A stretch of DNA of 63,989 nucleotides, filler included, from Candidatus Rokuibacteriota bacterium (GTDB taxonomy: Bacteria > JAUVQV01 > DATDCY01): assembly GCA_031406795.1 (NCBI GenBank). It is 6 parts of 6 records of this genome, joined end to end, with 100 filler letters (N's around TTAATTAATTAA, not from the genome) between each part and the next. Parts side by side here need not be neighbours in the genome. Positions count along the whole stretch, not along the records: positions 29,080 to 49,477 come from JANOHV010000169.1; 5 more parts are not named here. One strand, written 5' to 3'. Every line of letters begins with the position of its first letter. The stretch's first letter is position 1. Below, in pieces: positions 29,222-38,070 of the stretch. The notes under the pieces are model-generated. The model had not been told where the DNA came from, made no database searches, and worked only from the letters and a program-made list of their open reading frames with translations. Made by a program: the position numbers and the translations under genes.

Positions 29222-30889
29222 GTGAAGGAAGAACTCGCGTCGCTCGTCGGCGCAGCTGTCGAACGCGTCGCCAGGGAGCGGGGTCTCGACTGGGCTCCCG
29301 CCGCGCCGGCGCTGATCGAGAGCTGCCGCGACGAACGTTTCGGCGATTTTACCAGCAACGCCGCGATGGAACTGGCCTCGCGCGCCGGCGGGAAAAAAGT
29401 GCCGCCGCGCGAACTTGGCCAGGCGATCCTCGCCGCCCTCCCCCCCGCCGCCGACCTCATCGAGAAGGCCGAAATCGCCGGTCCCGGCTTCATCAACTTC
29501 ACGGTCCGGCGGGAACGCTGGCTGCAGGCGTTGGCCGGCATTCTCGCCGGCGGCGACGCCTACGGCCGTTCGAACCTCGGCAAGGGCGAGCGCCTGCAGG
29601 TCGAGTTCGTCAGCGCGAACCCGACCGGCCCGCTGCATCTCGGCCACGGACGCGGCGCGGCCGTCGGCGACATACTCTGCCGCATTCTCGAGGCCACCGG
29701 GCACGCCGTTCAGCGGGAGTTCTACGTCAACGACGCGGGCCGGCAGGTCGAGACCCTCGCGCGCTCCGTGCTCGCCCGCTGCCGCGAGCAACTCGGCGCG
29801 CCGGCCGCATTCCCGGAGGACGGTTACAAGGGCGACTACGTGCGCGAACTGGCGCGGGAGGCCGTCGCCCGCCACGGGGCGGGCCTCGCCGCCCTGCCGG
29901 AAAGCGCGGCCCCGGCCACGCTCGGCGACGCCGCGATGGCGACCGTCCTCGGCTGGATTCGCCGGGATCTCGAGGCCTTCGGCGTGCGCTTCGACGTCTG
30001 GTTCTCCGAGCGCTCGCTCTACCAGCCCGGCGTCTGGGAGGCCGTTGAGGAGCAGTTGCGCGGACGCGACCTCCTCTTCGAGCAGGAAGGGGCCCTCTGG
30101 TTTCGCTCCACGCGGTTCGGCGACGACAAGGACCGGGTGGTGGTCAAGAACGACGGCAGCCGCACCTACCTCGCCTCGGACATCCTCTACCACGCCGACA
30201 AGTTCCGGCGCGGTTTCGAGCGCGTGATCGACATCTGGGGCGCCGACCACCACGGGTACATCCCGCGGATGCAGGCGGTCGCCCAGGCGCTCGGCCGTCC
30301 CGCCGACGCGCTCGCCGTGCGCCTGATCCAGCTGGTGAGCCTCACGCGCGGCGGCAAAGCCGTGGCGATGGGCAAGCGCGAAGGGGAGTTCGTCACGCTG
30401 GCCGAGGTCGTCGGCGAGGTCGGGGCGGACGCGGCGCGGTTCTTCTTCGTCATGCGCCGATGCGAGAGCCACCTCGAGTTCGACCTCGAACTCGCCAAGT
30501 CCAAGACTGCGGACAACCCGGTCTTCTACGTTCAGTACGCCCACGCCCGCATCGCCAGCATCTTCCGCACCCGCGAGGAGCGCGGCTCGACGCAAGCCGG
30601 CGGCGCGGACCTCGGCCGCCTCGAACTTCCCGAGGAATTCAGCCTGATCAAACGACTGGCCGGGTACCCTGAAGTCCTGGCAGTGTGCAGCCGGACGTTG
30701 GAGCCGCACCCGCTCGCGAATTACCTGGTCGGCCTGGCCGCCGCGTTCCACGGCTACTACAACCGCGTCCGGGTCGTCACCGAAGACGAGAGTTCGAGCC
30801 GGGCGCGCCTCGAACTCGTCCGGGCCGTCGGCATCGTGCTGCGCAACGGACTCGGCCTGATGGGCGTTGCCGCCCCGGATCAGATGTGA
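29222..30889 (+). CDS. argS: Arginyl-tRNA synthetase
   Basis: AGPGFINF, VEFVSANPTGPLHLGHGR, WGADHHGY, NPVFYVQYAHAR. Confidence 0.97.
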   Translation: MKEELASLVGAAVERVARERGLDWAPAAPALIESCRDERFGDFTSNAAMELASRAGGKKVPPRELGQAILAALPPAADLIEKAEIAGPGFINFTVRRERWLQALAGILAGGDAYGRSNLGKGERLQVEFVSANPTGPLHLGHGRGAAVGDILCRILEATGHAVQREFYVNDAGRQVETLARSVLARCREQLGAPAAFPEDGYKGDYVRELAREAVARHGAGLAALPESAAPATLGDAAMATVLGWIRRDLEAFGVRFDVWFSERSLYQPGVWEAVEEQLRGRDLLFEQEGALWFRSTRFGDDKDRVVVKNDGSRTYLASDILYHADKFRRGFERVIDIWGADHHGYIPRMQAVAQALGRPADALAVRLIQLVSLTRGGKAVAMGKREGEFVTLAEVVGEVGADAARFFFVMRRCESHLEFDLELAKSKTADNPVFYVQYAHARIASIFRTREERGSTQAGGADLGRLELPEEFSLIKRLAGYPEVLAVCSRTLEPHPLANYLVGLAAAFHGYYNRVRVVTEDESSSRARLELVRAVGIVLRNGLGLMGVAAPDQM

Positions 30890-31605
30890 GCGACGGTTCG
30901 GCCGGCGCGCAGAGCAAGCCCGGGGCCTCGGCGATGAAGGTCGGCCTGGCGCTTGGCGCGATCGTGCTCGGGGCGGTCGTCATCTTCAGCCTGGGCGTCA
31001 TGGAAGGCTCGCGCGTTGCCGGGCTCGCCCCGGTGGTCGCCGCCCCGCCGGGCACGCCGCCCGCGGAGAGCCTGCTCCCCTCGCCGCCGGCGCCAGTCGT
31101 CCGCGCGGCAGCCACGTCCCCGGACAAACTGACGTTCTACGACCGTCTCAGCGGGGTCGCGCCCGCGGCTCCGCTCGCGCCGCCCGAGAGTCAAGCTGCC
31201 GTGCCGCTGCCCGCGCCGCGGGCGCAAGCGCAGACCCCGCCGGCGCCGCCTTTGGCGGCCGGCGCCCGCCCGCAGCAGAAGTCCGCGGCGCCCGCGCCGA
31301 CGGAGATCGCGGCCAGAATTGCGGTGCCGACGAAATCGGACCCGGCGGCGAAGATCAGGAAGCTCACCGGCAAGGGGCGGTTCAGCGTGCAGGTCGCCGC
31401 GGTCGGCGAGCGCGCCGCGGCCGCCGAGGCGGCTGCCCAGGTCAAGCGCAACGGGTTTGAGGCCGTCACCGTCATGGCGTCGATCAAGGGGAAGATCTGG
31501 TATCGGATCCGGGTCGGGAGCTTTCCGAACAAGCAGGCCGCGACCCAGGCGGCCGGGCTTTTCCATTCGGCCTACGGTTTTGATGCCATCCCGGTGGAGA
31601 ACTAA
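30886..31605 (+). CDS. SPOR-domain cell division protein (FtsN-like)
   Basis: N-terminal TM, LTFYDRL, Pro/Ala linker, FSVQVAA...WYRIRVGSF. Follows argS. Confidence 0.85.
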   Translation: MSDGSAGAQSKPGASAMKVGLALGAIVLGAVVIFSLGVMEGSRVAGLAPVVAAPPGTPPAESLLPSPPAPVVRAAATSPDKLTFYDRLSGVAPAAPLAPPESQAAVPLPAPRAQAQTPPAPPLAAGARPQQKSAAPAPTEIAARIAVPTKSDPAAKIRKLTGKGRFSVQVAAVGERAAAAEAAAQVKRNGFEAVTVMASIKGKIWYRIRVGSFPNKQAATQAAGLFHSAYGFDAIPVEN

Positions 31606-31624
31606 GTGCCTGAGGCGCCGGCCG

Positions 31625-31840
31625 TTGAAGCGTGACCGACCCACCCCGGAAGAAGCGGCGGAGATCGTCCCCGTCGGGCCGCTCGAGTGTGCGTTGGTTG
31701 CCGAGGCGCGCTCCGGGCGCATCACCTGCGCGAGCGTCTTCCGCGTCGCCGAGGCGCAGGGCGCCACGGTCGCGGCGGCCGGGCAAGCCGTGCAGCGGCT
31801 GCGGATCAAGCTGACCGGCTGTCAGATGGGGTGTTTCTGA
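31625..31840 (+). CDS. Small conserved-looking protein ending KLTGCQMGCF
   Basis: GRITCASVF...KLTGCQMGCF. Its stop overlaps the next ATG. The start is uncertain. Confidence 0.65.
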   Translation: MKRDRPTPEEAAEIVPVGPLECALVAEARSGRITCASVFRVAEAQGATVAAAGQAVQRLRIKLTGCQMGCF

Positions 31841-33000
31841 TGGCCATCCTCAACACGCGCGAGCGCCTCGAGGAGCGCGAGGAGATCCTGCTGGCGCCCT
31901 GGGCCTCCCTCAGCGGCGCGAGCCGCGGCCGGCGGCACCCGGAGCCCGAGCCGGCCCACCGCACCGCGTTCCAGCGCGACCGCGACCGCATCATCCACGC
32001 CACCTCATTCAGACGTCTCGAGTACAAGACCCAGGTCTTCGTCTACCACGAGGGTGACCACTACCGGAATCGCCTGACCCACTCGCTCGAGACGGCGCAG
32101 GTCGGGCGCAGCCTCGCGCGGATGCTGAGCCTGAACGAAGACCTGGTCGAGGCAATCGCGCTCGCGCACGATCTTGGCCACCCACCGTTCGGGCATGCGG
32201 GCGAGCGGGTTCTGGACGGCATGATGCGCGAGTGGGGCGGGTTCGAGCACAACCGCCAGAGCCTGCGCGTCGTCGAGATCATCGAGCACCGCTACCCGGG
32301 GTTCCGCGGTCTCAACCTGACCTGGGAGACCCGCGAGGGCCTCGCCAAGCACCACACCGACTTCGACAACCCGGACACCGGCGACTACCCCCCCGGCGCC
32401 CTGCCGTCCCTCGAGGCGCAGGTGGCGAATCTCGCGGACGAGATCGCCTACACCGCCCACGATCTCGACGACGGCGTCGCCTCGGAGCTGATCTCCTTCC
32501 GCGCGCTCCTGGAAGCCCCGCTGTGGCGAGAGTGTTACCGGCAGGCCGAGGAAGCGGCCCCCGGCGAGCCCGCTCGACTGCTCTGCGCCGGGGCAATCCG
32601 CGGCCTGATCGGGCTGCTCGTCTCCGACTGCGCCGGTGCGACGCTCGCCGCCCTGGAGGAAATGGGCCTGCGCTGCCCCGACGACGCCCGGGCGGCACCC
32701 CGGCCGGCGGCCTGTTTCAGCCCGGGGATGGCGGAGCAGTTCCCGTTGCTCAAGGATTTCCTGAACCAGACGCTGTATCGCCACTACCGGGTGCGCCGCA
32801 TGGAGGTCAAGGCGGAGCGGGTTCTCAGCGAACTGTTTTACGCGTATGTCGACGATCCGGAACTGCTCCCCCCGGGATTCCGTGCGCACGTCAACGGCGC
32901 CGCGCCGGAGCGGATCGTCTGCGACTACCTCGCCGGGATGACCGACCGCTACTCGATCCGCGAATACCAGAAGCTGTTCGATCTCACGGAAAAATTCTAG
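31840..33000 (+). CDS. dgt: Deoxyguanosinetriphosphate triphosphohydrolase-like HD protein
   Basis: FQRDRDRI, FRRLEYKTQVF, RLTHSLE, AHDLGHPPFGHAGE, DYLAGMTD. Confidence 0.93.
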   Translation: MAILNTRERLEEREEILLAPWASLSGASRGRRHPEPEPAHRTAFQRDRDRIIHATSFRRLEYKTQVFVYHEGDHYRNRLTHSLETAQVGRSLARMLSLNEDLVEAIALAHDLGHPPFGHAGERVLDGMMREWGGFEHNRQSLRVVEIIEHRYPGFRGLNLTWETREGLAKHHTDFDNPDTGDYPPGALPSLEAQVANLADEIAYTAHDLDDGVASELISFRALLEAPLWRECYRQAEEAAPGEPARLLCAGAIRGLIGLLVSDCAGATLAALEEMGLRCPDDARAAPRPAACFSPGMAEQFPLLKDFLNQTLYRHYRVRRMEVKAERVLSELFYAYVDDPELLPPGFRAHVNGAAPERIVCDYLAGMTDRYSIREYQKLFDLTEKF

Positions 33001-33026
33001 CCCCCACCCGAAAGGACGCCCGACCG

Positions 33027-35057
33027 ATGATCAAGAAACTGCTGAAGAAGCTCTTCGGAGCGAAGGAACCGGCAGCCGGAGCCCGCAAGAGTCCCGCCCA
33101 GCCCGGCGACGCGAAACCCACAGTCGAGCACGTGGAGCACCGGCGCCACGCCGCCAAGGCCGGGGGCGCCTCTGCCGGACAGCAGCGCCGCGAGCGGGCA
33201 GCGACAGCCGGAGGGGAGGCCGCAGCGCCGGGCACAGGGCCGCAGGATGCCGCCAAGCCGGCGCGACGGCGCCGCGGGGGCCGGGGCCGCGGCAAGGGCG
33301 GCGCGACGGCGCCGGCGGCGGAGAACGCAGCCGCGGCGGCGAGTCCGAACCAGGCGGAGCGGACGACTCGCCGCCGCGAGACTCCCCTCGTGCGTGACGC
33401 CGCCGCGGGCGGCGCCGAACCGAAGTCCGACCCGGTGGCGCCCAAACGCGCACGACGGCGGCGACGCAGCGGCGGCCGCCCCAAGGAGGGAACGGCGCCG
33501 ACTCCCGGAGCCGACGCCGCGCCGCCGTCCACGGCAGCCGCTGATCCCGGCGGCGAACAGGCACCGGCAGCCGCGGCCGGCGCTGAACCGGAGCCGCCCG
33601 CATCCCCCGCCTCTCCCGCGCCCGAACCCGTCAGCCAGGAGCGCCAGGGCCGCGTGCGCGAGCGCCGCCCCCGGGAGGAGGGCCCCCGCGAGCAGGTCGC
33701 CCTGCCGAACCTGCCGCCGATCCCGCCGTGGACCCCCCCCGAGGACCCGACCCGTTTCTCCGCGTACGACCTGCCGCCCGAAGTGCAGGCCGGCATCACC
33801 GATGCCGGGTACACCGAGTGCACGCCGGTCCAGGCCAAAGTGCTGCCGCTCTCGCTCCAGGGCCGGGACGTGGCCGCGCAGTCCCAGACCGGGACGGGCA
33901 AGACGGCCGCGTTCCTGATCACCGTCTTCTCGCGGCTGCTGCGCCGCGGCCCCGTCGACGGGCCCAAGCCGCGCGCGCTGATCATCGCGCCGACCCGCGA
34001 ACTGGCCGTCCAGATCGAGAGCGAGGCCAGGAGCATGGGCGCCCACACCGGCCTCTCGGCCGTCGCCATCTTCGGCGGCGTCGACTACGAAAAACAGCGC
34101 CAGGCCCTGCGGCTCGGGGCGGACCTGGTCGTCGGGACGCCGGGCAGACTCATCGACTTTCTCAAACAGGGGGCCTGGCACACCGAGGGCGTCGAAATGC
34201 TGGTCATCGACGAGGCCGACCGGATGTTCGACATGGGTTTCGTCCAGGACCTGCGCTACATCCTGGGACGGCTGCCGCACCGCGATCGCCGCCAGACGAT
34301 GCTGTTCTCGGCGACGCTGAACTATTCCGTCACCGAAGTGACCTACGAGTACATGAATCTGCCGGTCGAGGTGCAGGCGACGCCCGAGCGGATGACCGCC
34401 GCGCTCGCGGAGGAGGTCCTGCACCACGTCTCGCGCGACGAAAAGCCGGGGCTGCTGCTCGGGATCATGGAGCGCGAGAAGCCCGAGCGCACGATGATCT
34501 TCACGAACACCAAAGCCGAGGCCGAGAAGGTGGCCAAGCTGCTCGAACACCACGGCGTGCGGGCGCGCGGCATCACGGGCAACCTCGAGCAGGCGCGGCG
34601 CCTCAAGCTGATGGAGGAGTTCAAGAACGGCGAGCTGCCGGTCATGGTCGCCACCGATGTCGCCTCGCGCGGGCTCCACATCGACGCCGTCTCCCTCGTG
34701 GTCAACTGGGACCTGCCCCAGGACCCGGAGGACTACGTGCACCGCATCGGGCGCACGGCGCGCGCCGGGGCCGCGGGCAAGGCGATCTCTCTCGCCGACG
34801 AGAGCGGCGCCCTGAACCTCGAGGCGATCGAGAATCTGATTGGCTACAAGATCCCGGTGATCTGGCACGACCAGGAGCACCTCGCCGAGGTCCGACCGGG
34901 CTGGCGCGAGGCCGCCGCACGGGAGCGGCGCGAGCGTGAAAAGGAATTGGAGGCCCGCGGCATCCGTCCGCGAAGCGGTCCCCGCAGCGGCCCGGCCCCC
35001 GGCCGGCAGGGCGGCCGCGGGTCGTCGCGCCCGGGCGGTTCGCGCCGGCGCACCTGA
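33027..35057 (+). CDS. rhlB: DEAD-box RNA helicase, RhlB-like, with long disordered N-terminus
   Basis: CTPVQ, QSQTGTGKT, PTRELA, DEADRMFDMGF, SAT, HRIGRTAR. Confidence 0.85.
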   Translation: MIKKLLKKLFGAKEPAAGARKSPAQPGDAKPTVEHVEHRRHAAKAGGASAGQQRRERAATAGGEAAAPGTGPQDAAKPARRRRGGRGRGKGGATAPAAENAAAAASPNQAERTTRRRETPLVRDAAAGGAEPKSDPVAPKRARRRRRSGGRPKEGTAPTPGADAAPPSTAAADPGGEQAPAAAAGAEPEPPASPASPAPEPVSQERQGRVRERRPREEGPREQVALPNLPPIPPWTPPEDPTRFSAYDLPPEVQAGITDAGYTECTPVQAKVLPLSLQGRDVAAQSQTGTGKTAAFLITVFSRLLRRGPVDGPKPRALIIAPTRELAVQIESEARSMGAHTGLSAVAIFGGVDYEKQRQALRLGADLVVGTPGRLIDFLKQGAWHTEGVEMLVIDEADRMFDMGFVQDLRYILGRLPHRDRRQTMLFSATLNYSVTEVTYEYMNLPVEVQATPERMTAALAEEVLHHVSRDEKPGLLLGIMEREKPERTMIFTNTKAEAEKVAKLLEHHGVRARGITGNLEQARRLKLMEEFKNGELPVMVATDVASRGLHIDAVSLVVNWDLPQDPEDYVHRIGRTARAGAAGKAISLADESGALNLEAIENLIGYKIPVIWHDQEHLAEVRPGWREAAARERREREKELEARGIRPRSGPRSGPAPGRQGGRGSSRPGGSRRRT

Positions 35058-35064
35058 ACTAGGA

Positions 35065-35132
35065 CGGGCGGGGGTCAACCCCGCCCCTACGACAACACCG
35101 CGATGCGTAGGGGAGGGGTTCAGCCCCTCCCG
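35065..35132. repeat. GTAG-type REP doublet
   Basis: Reverse-complement GTAGGGGCGGGGTTGACCCCCGCCCG plus forward GTAGGGGAGGGGTTCAGCCCCTCCCG, between convergent genes. Confidence 0.8.
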
Positions 35133-35150
35133 CGCCGCGGAGGAGTCATT

Positions 35151-36206
35151 TCAGCGACCGGCGACAGCGGCGGCCAGACGGGCGGCCAACTTCCCGAGCG
35201 GCAGGACTTCGGACGCCGCCCCCAACTCGACGGCTGCCCGCGGCATCCCGTAGACGACGCAGCTCTCCTCGCTCTCCGCAACAGTCCAGCCGCCGCGGGC
35301 GCGGATGGCCCACATCCCCCAGGCGCCGTCGGTGCCCATACCGGTCAACAGCACCCCGGCGCTGCGGCGCCCCCGCAGTTCCGCCGCCGACCGCATCGTG
35401 ATATCCACGCTCGGACGGTGCAGGGTGTCCGACGGCTCGAAATCCAGCATCACCGCCAGTTCGGAGCCGCGGGTGGCGAAGGTCAGGTGACGCCCCCCGG
35501 GCGCGATGAGCACCTCGCCGGGCCGGGGCCGGTCGCCCTGCTCGGCCTCGCGGACCGACAGGACGCTGGCGGCGTCCAGTCGTCCCGCCAGCGCGCGGGT
35601 AAAACCGGCGGGCATGTGCTGCACGACGACGACCGCGGCGGCGAAGTCCGCGGGGAGGGCCGGGATCAGCGCCTGCAGCGCCGGGGGACCGCCCGTGGAA
35701 GCCCCGACGACCACCACGTCGGCACCGCCCGGTTGCAGCAACGAGCCGGCTGCCGCGGTCCCGTCGACAACCGCCGCGCGCCGGCCGAGCCGGGCGGGAT
35801 CCACGGCCGCGGCGGTCCGGATCTTGGTCAGCAACTCCCGACCGGCGATCGCGGGATCGCCGCGGAGGAGCAGCGCCGTCTTGTCGATGAAGTCGACGGC
35901 GCCGAGTTCCAGCGCCTGCAGGGTTTCGTCCGCACCCTCCTGGGTCAGCGAGGAGAGCATCACCACGCGCGCGGGGCGCTCGTGCATGACGCAGGCCAGC
36001 ACCTTGAGCCCGTCCAGACGCGGCATCAGCACGTCGAGCGTGACCACGTCCGGCCGCAGGTCCCGGATCTTCGCCAGCGCATCCAGGCCGTCGGCGGCGG
36101 TTCCGACAACCGTCACCCCGGGGTCCGCGTCGAGCAATTTCTCGATCGCGCGACGCACCAGCGGGGAGTCGTCGACGACGAGAACGCGGATCGGCTTCGC
36201 GGACAT
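35151..36206 (-). CDS. cheB: Chemotaxis methylesterase (REC + CheB)
   Basis: VLVVDDS, GASTGGPPAL, VQHMP, HRPSVD, LTGMGTDG, YGMPR. Confidence 0.95.
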   Translation of the reverse strand: MSAKPIRVLVVDDSPLVRRAIEKLLDADPGVTVVGTAADGLDALAKIRDLRPDVVTLDVLMPRLDGLKVLACVMHERPARVVMLSSLTQEGADETLQALELGAVDFIDKTALLLRGDPAIAGRELLTKIRTAAAVDPARLGRRAAVVDGTAAAGSLLQPGGADVVVVGASTGGPPALQALIPALPADFAAAVVVVQHMPAGFTRALAGRLDAASVLSVREAEQGDRPRPGEVLIAPGGRHLTFATRGSELAVMLDFEPSDTLHRPSVDITMRSAAELRGRRSAGVLLTGMGTDGAWGMWAIRARGGWTVAESEESCVVYGMPRAAVELGAASEVLPLGKLAARLAAAVAGR

Positions 36207-36255
36207 CACGACGCCGGCACTCCGAGCTGCAGATCGGCCTGCTTCAGCGGTCCGC

Positions 36256-37974
36256 CTAGAGCCGGTGCGTGTCCAGGACGGCTTGCCGGATGCGCGCGTC
36301 GAGCTGCGGGAAGCGCTCGAGATACTCGACGCGCTCGCGGTTGAGCCTCTTCACGAGGTCTTCCCGCTCGGCGGCGCCGTAGAGCCGGTGCGGATCAAAG
36401 CGCTTCATGTCGTAGATCTTCCCGTGCTCGTCGGTCACGCCCGAGATCAGCACCCGTGTCCCGTAGTCGGGGTCTTCGCTCCACTCCCCGCTGTCGCGAA
36501 AGAGCGCGCGCGTGACATACCCGATGCCGTTCTTCCACGGCCGGTTCGCGGCGCGCCGCGGGGCGAGCGGGTTGTCCGGGTTCGGCATCTCGCCGACCCC
36601 CCCGGTGTTGAGCAGGAACGAGCGGACTTTGCCCTCGTACCGCTTGAGATACTCATAGAAGATGTTCCCCTCCGCGGCGGTGTCGCCGACGATGAAGGGG
36701 TTGGTCCCCACCTCGCGCACGCTCTGGCCGGCCTTCGCGGGATCCCCGGCCGCGGTCTCGATCGACTCGCCGAGCATGAAATACGCCGCGCTCTGCTCCG
36801 GAGTCAGCTCCTGGAGAATCGGGCACACCGTGTTGCGCCGCGTGTTGAAAATGATTATCATCGTGTCCAGTTCATCCAGCGGCGGCAGGTCGATCGAACT
36901 GTGCCGGCGATCACGCGGCAGGGCTTTGATCGGCAGAATGCCGCGGCCGTTGGCGCAGAGGTCTTCGTCGAGATAGAGGATCTCGCCGAGGTGGTCGATG
37001 TAGAGATTCTGCGAGACGAACGCGGGGGATTCGACGGCGGGACGCAGCAGCACGTCGTCGGCGTCGAGGTCGGTCTTGAGAAAGAGCCCCTGCTCCGTGC
37101 CGAGCACGCGCCCGTCGGCGAGACGCAGCCCGACGAAATCGTCCTGCACCACCAGCGACTGCTCGCCCGGCAGATCGAGGAAATGCGTGTGCCCGACGTT
37201 CGTCGTCTTGCCGGTCCCGGAGTTGCCGAGAATCGCCACACCGTAACGGGTGAACTCCCCCGTGCGCGCGTTCTGGGCCCGCACGATCTTGGTGCCGGCG
37301 TGGATCCCGAGGTAGCCGCGCTGCTTGGCCTGGTACATCGCCATGCGCAGCATCCCCTTCTTCGCCTCGCCCATGTAGTCGCAGCCGATGCCGACCGTGA
37401 CGTTGCTCTCGGGGAAGCCGTAGAAGCGGCCGAAGTTGCCGGTGTGGATGTCGGGCACCATCAGGATGTAGAGATCCTCGGCCCCCGGAACCAGGTCGCG
37501 CTCGTGGTACATCTTGCCCCACATGTAGGGGACGTGGTGGTTCGAGCGGTTCTTCGTCGAGACGAGCAGGTGGCAATTGAAAGTGAACTTCGGGTCGTCG
37601 CCGGAGCCCATGACGCGGTAGACGTAGTCGACCGGCAGCTGATTGACGTGGCCCGGGAAGGTCTTCCCGCCGTGCTCGCCGCCGAAGACCCGCGTGAACT
37701 CCCGCTCCATGCCGTTGAGCGTCTCGCGCTGTTCGGGACCCATCTGCTTCGGCTGCACCGCCTCGGAGCCTGCGATGACGGTGTACTTCGCGGAACGGTT
37801 GCGCACGCGGGTGTCCCAGTTGTAGCCGCCGTAGATGTTGCGCTGGCCGGAACCCTCGGCGAGGCGCCCGAGTTCAGGACCGGTGTACAGGGTGACGTTC
37901 GTGCCAACGTGACGGGAGCGGTCCACCAGCTGACGGACCTGCTCCAGAACCTTTTCGCCGGTGTAGCCTGCCAT
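36256..37974 (-). CDS. pckA: Phosphoenolpyruvate carboxykinase (ATP), divergent
   Basis: YMGEAKKG, GIHAG, GNSGTGKTT, QDD, GTEQG, NGRG, FMLGES, LLNTG. Confidence 0.82.
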   Translation of the reverse strand: MAGYTGEKVLEQVRQLVDRSRHVGTNVTLYTGPELGRLAEGSGQRNIYGGYNWDTRVRNRSAKYTVIAGSEAVQPKQMGPEQRETLNGMEREFTRVFGGEHGGKTFPGHVNQLPVDYVYRVMGSGDDPKFTFNCHLLVSTKNRSNHHVPYMWGKMYHERDLVPGAEDLYILMVPDIHTGNFGRFYGFPESNVTVGIGCDYMGEAKKGMLRMAMYQAKQRGYLGIHAGTKIVRAQNARTGEFTRYGVAILGNSGTGKTTNVGHTHFLDLPGEQSLVVQDDFVGLRLADGRVLGTEQGLFLKTDLDADDVLLRPAVESPAFVSQNLYIDHLGEILYLDEDLCANGRGILPIKALPRDRRHSSIDLPPLDELDTMIIIFNTRRNTVCPILQELTPEQSAAYFMLGESIETAAGDPAKAGQSVREVGTNPFIVGDTAAEGNIFYEYLKRYEGKVRSFLLNTGGVGEMPNPDNPLAPRRAANRPWKNGIGYVTRALFRDSGEWSEDPDYGTRVLISGVTDEHGKIYDMKRFDPHRLYGAAEREDLVKRLNRERVEYLERFPQLDARIRQAVLDTHRL

Positions 37975-38070
37975 GGTCGATCTCTCCTTGCGTGGTGAGC
38001 GGCGTTACCGCCCTGCGTCCCCCCGGGCACTCTCGGCCCGAGCGTGTCACTTTTACCGCGACCGGGGCGG

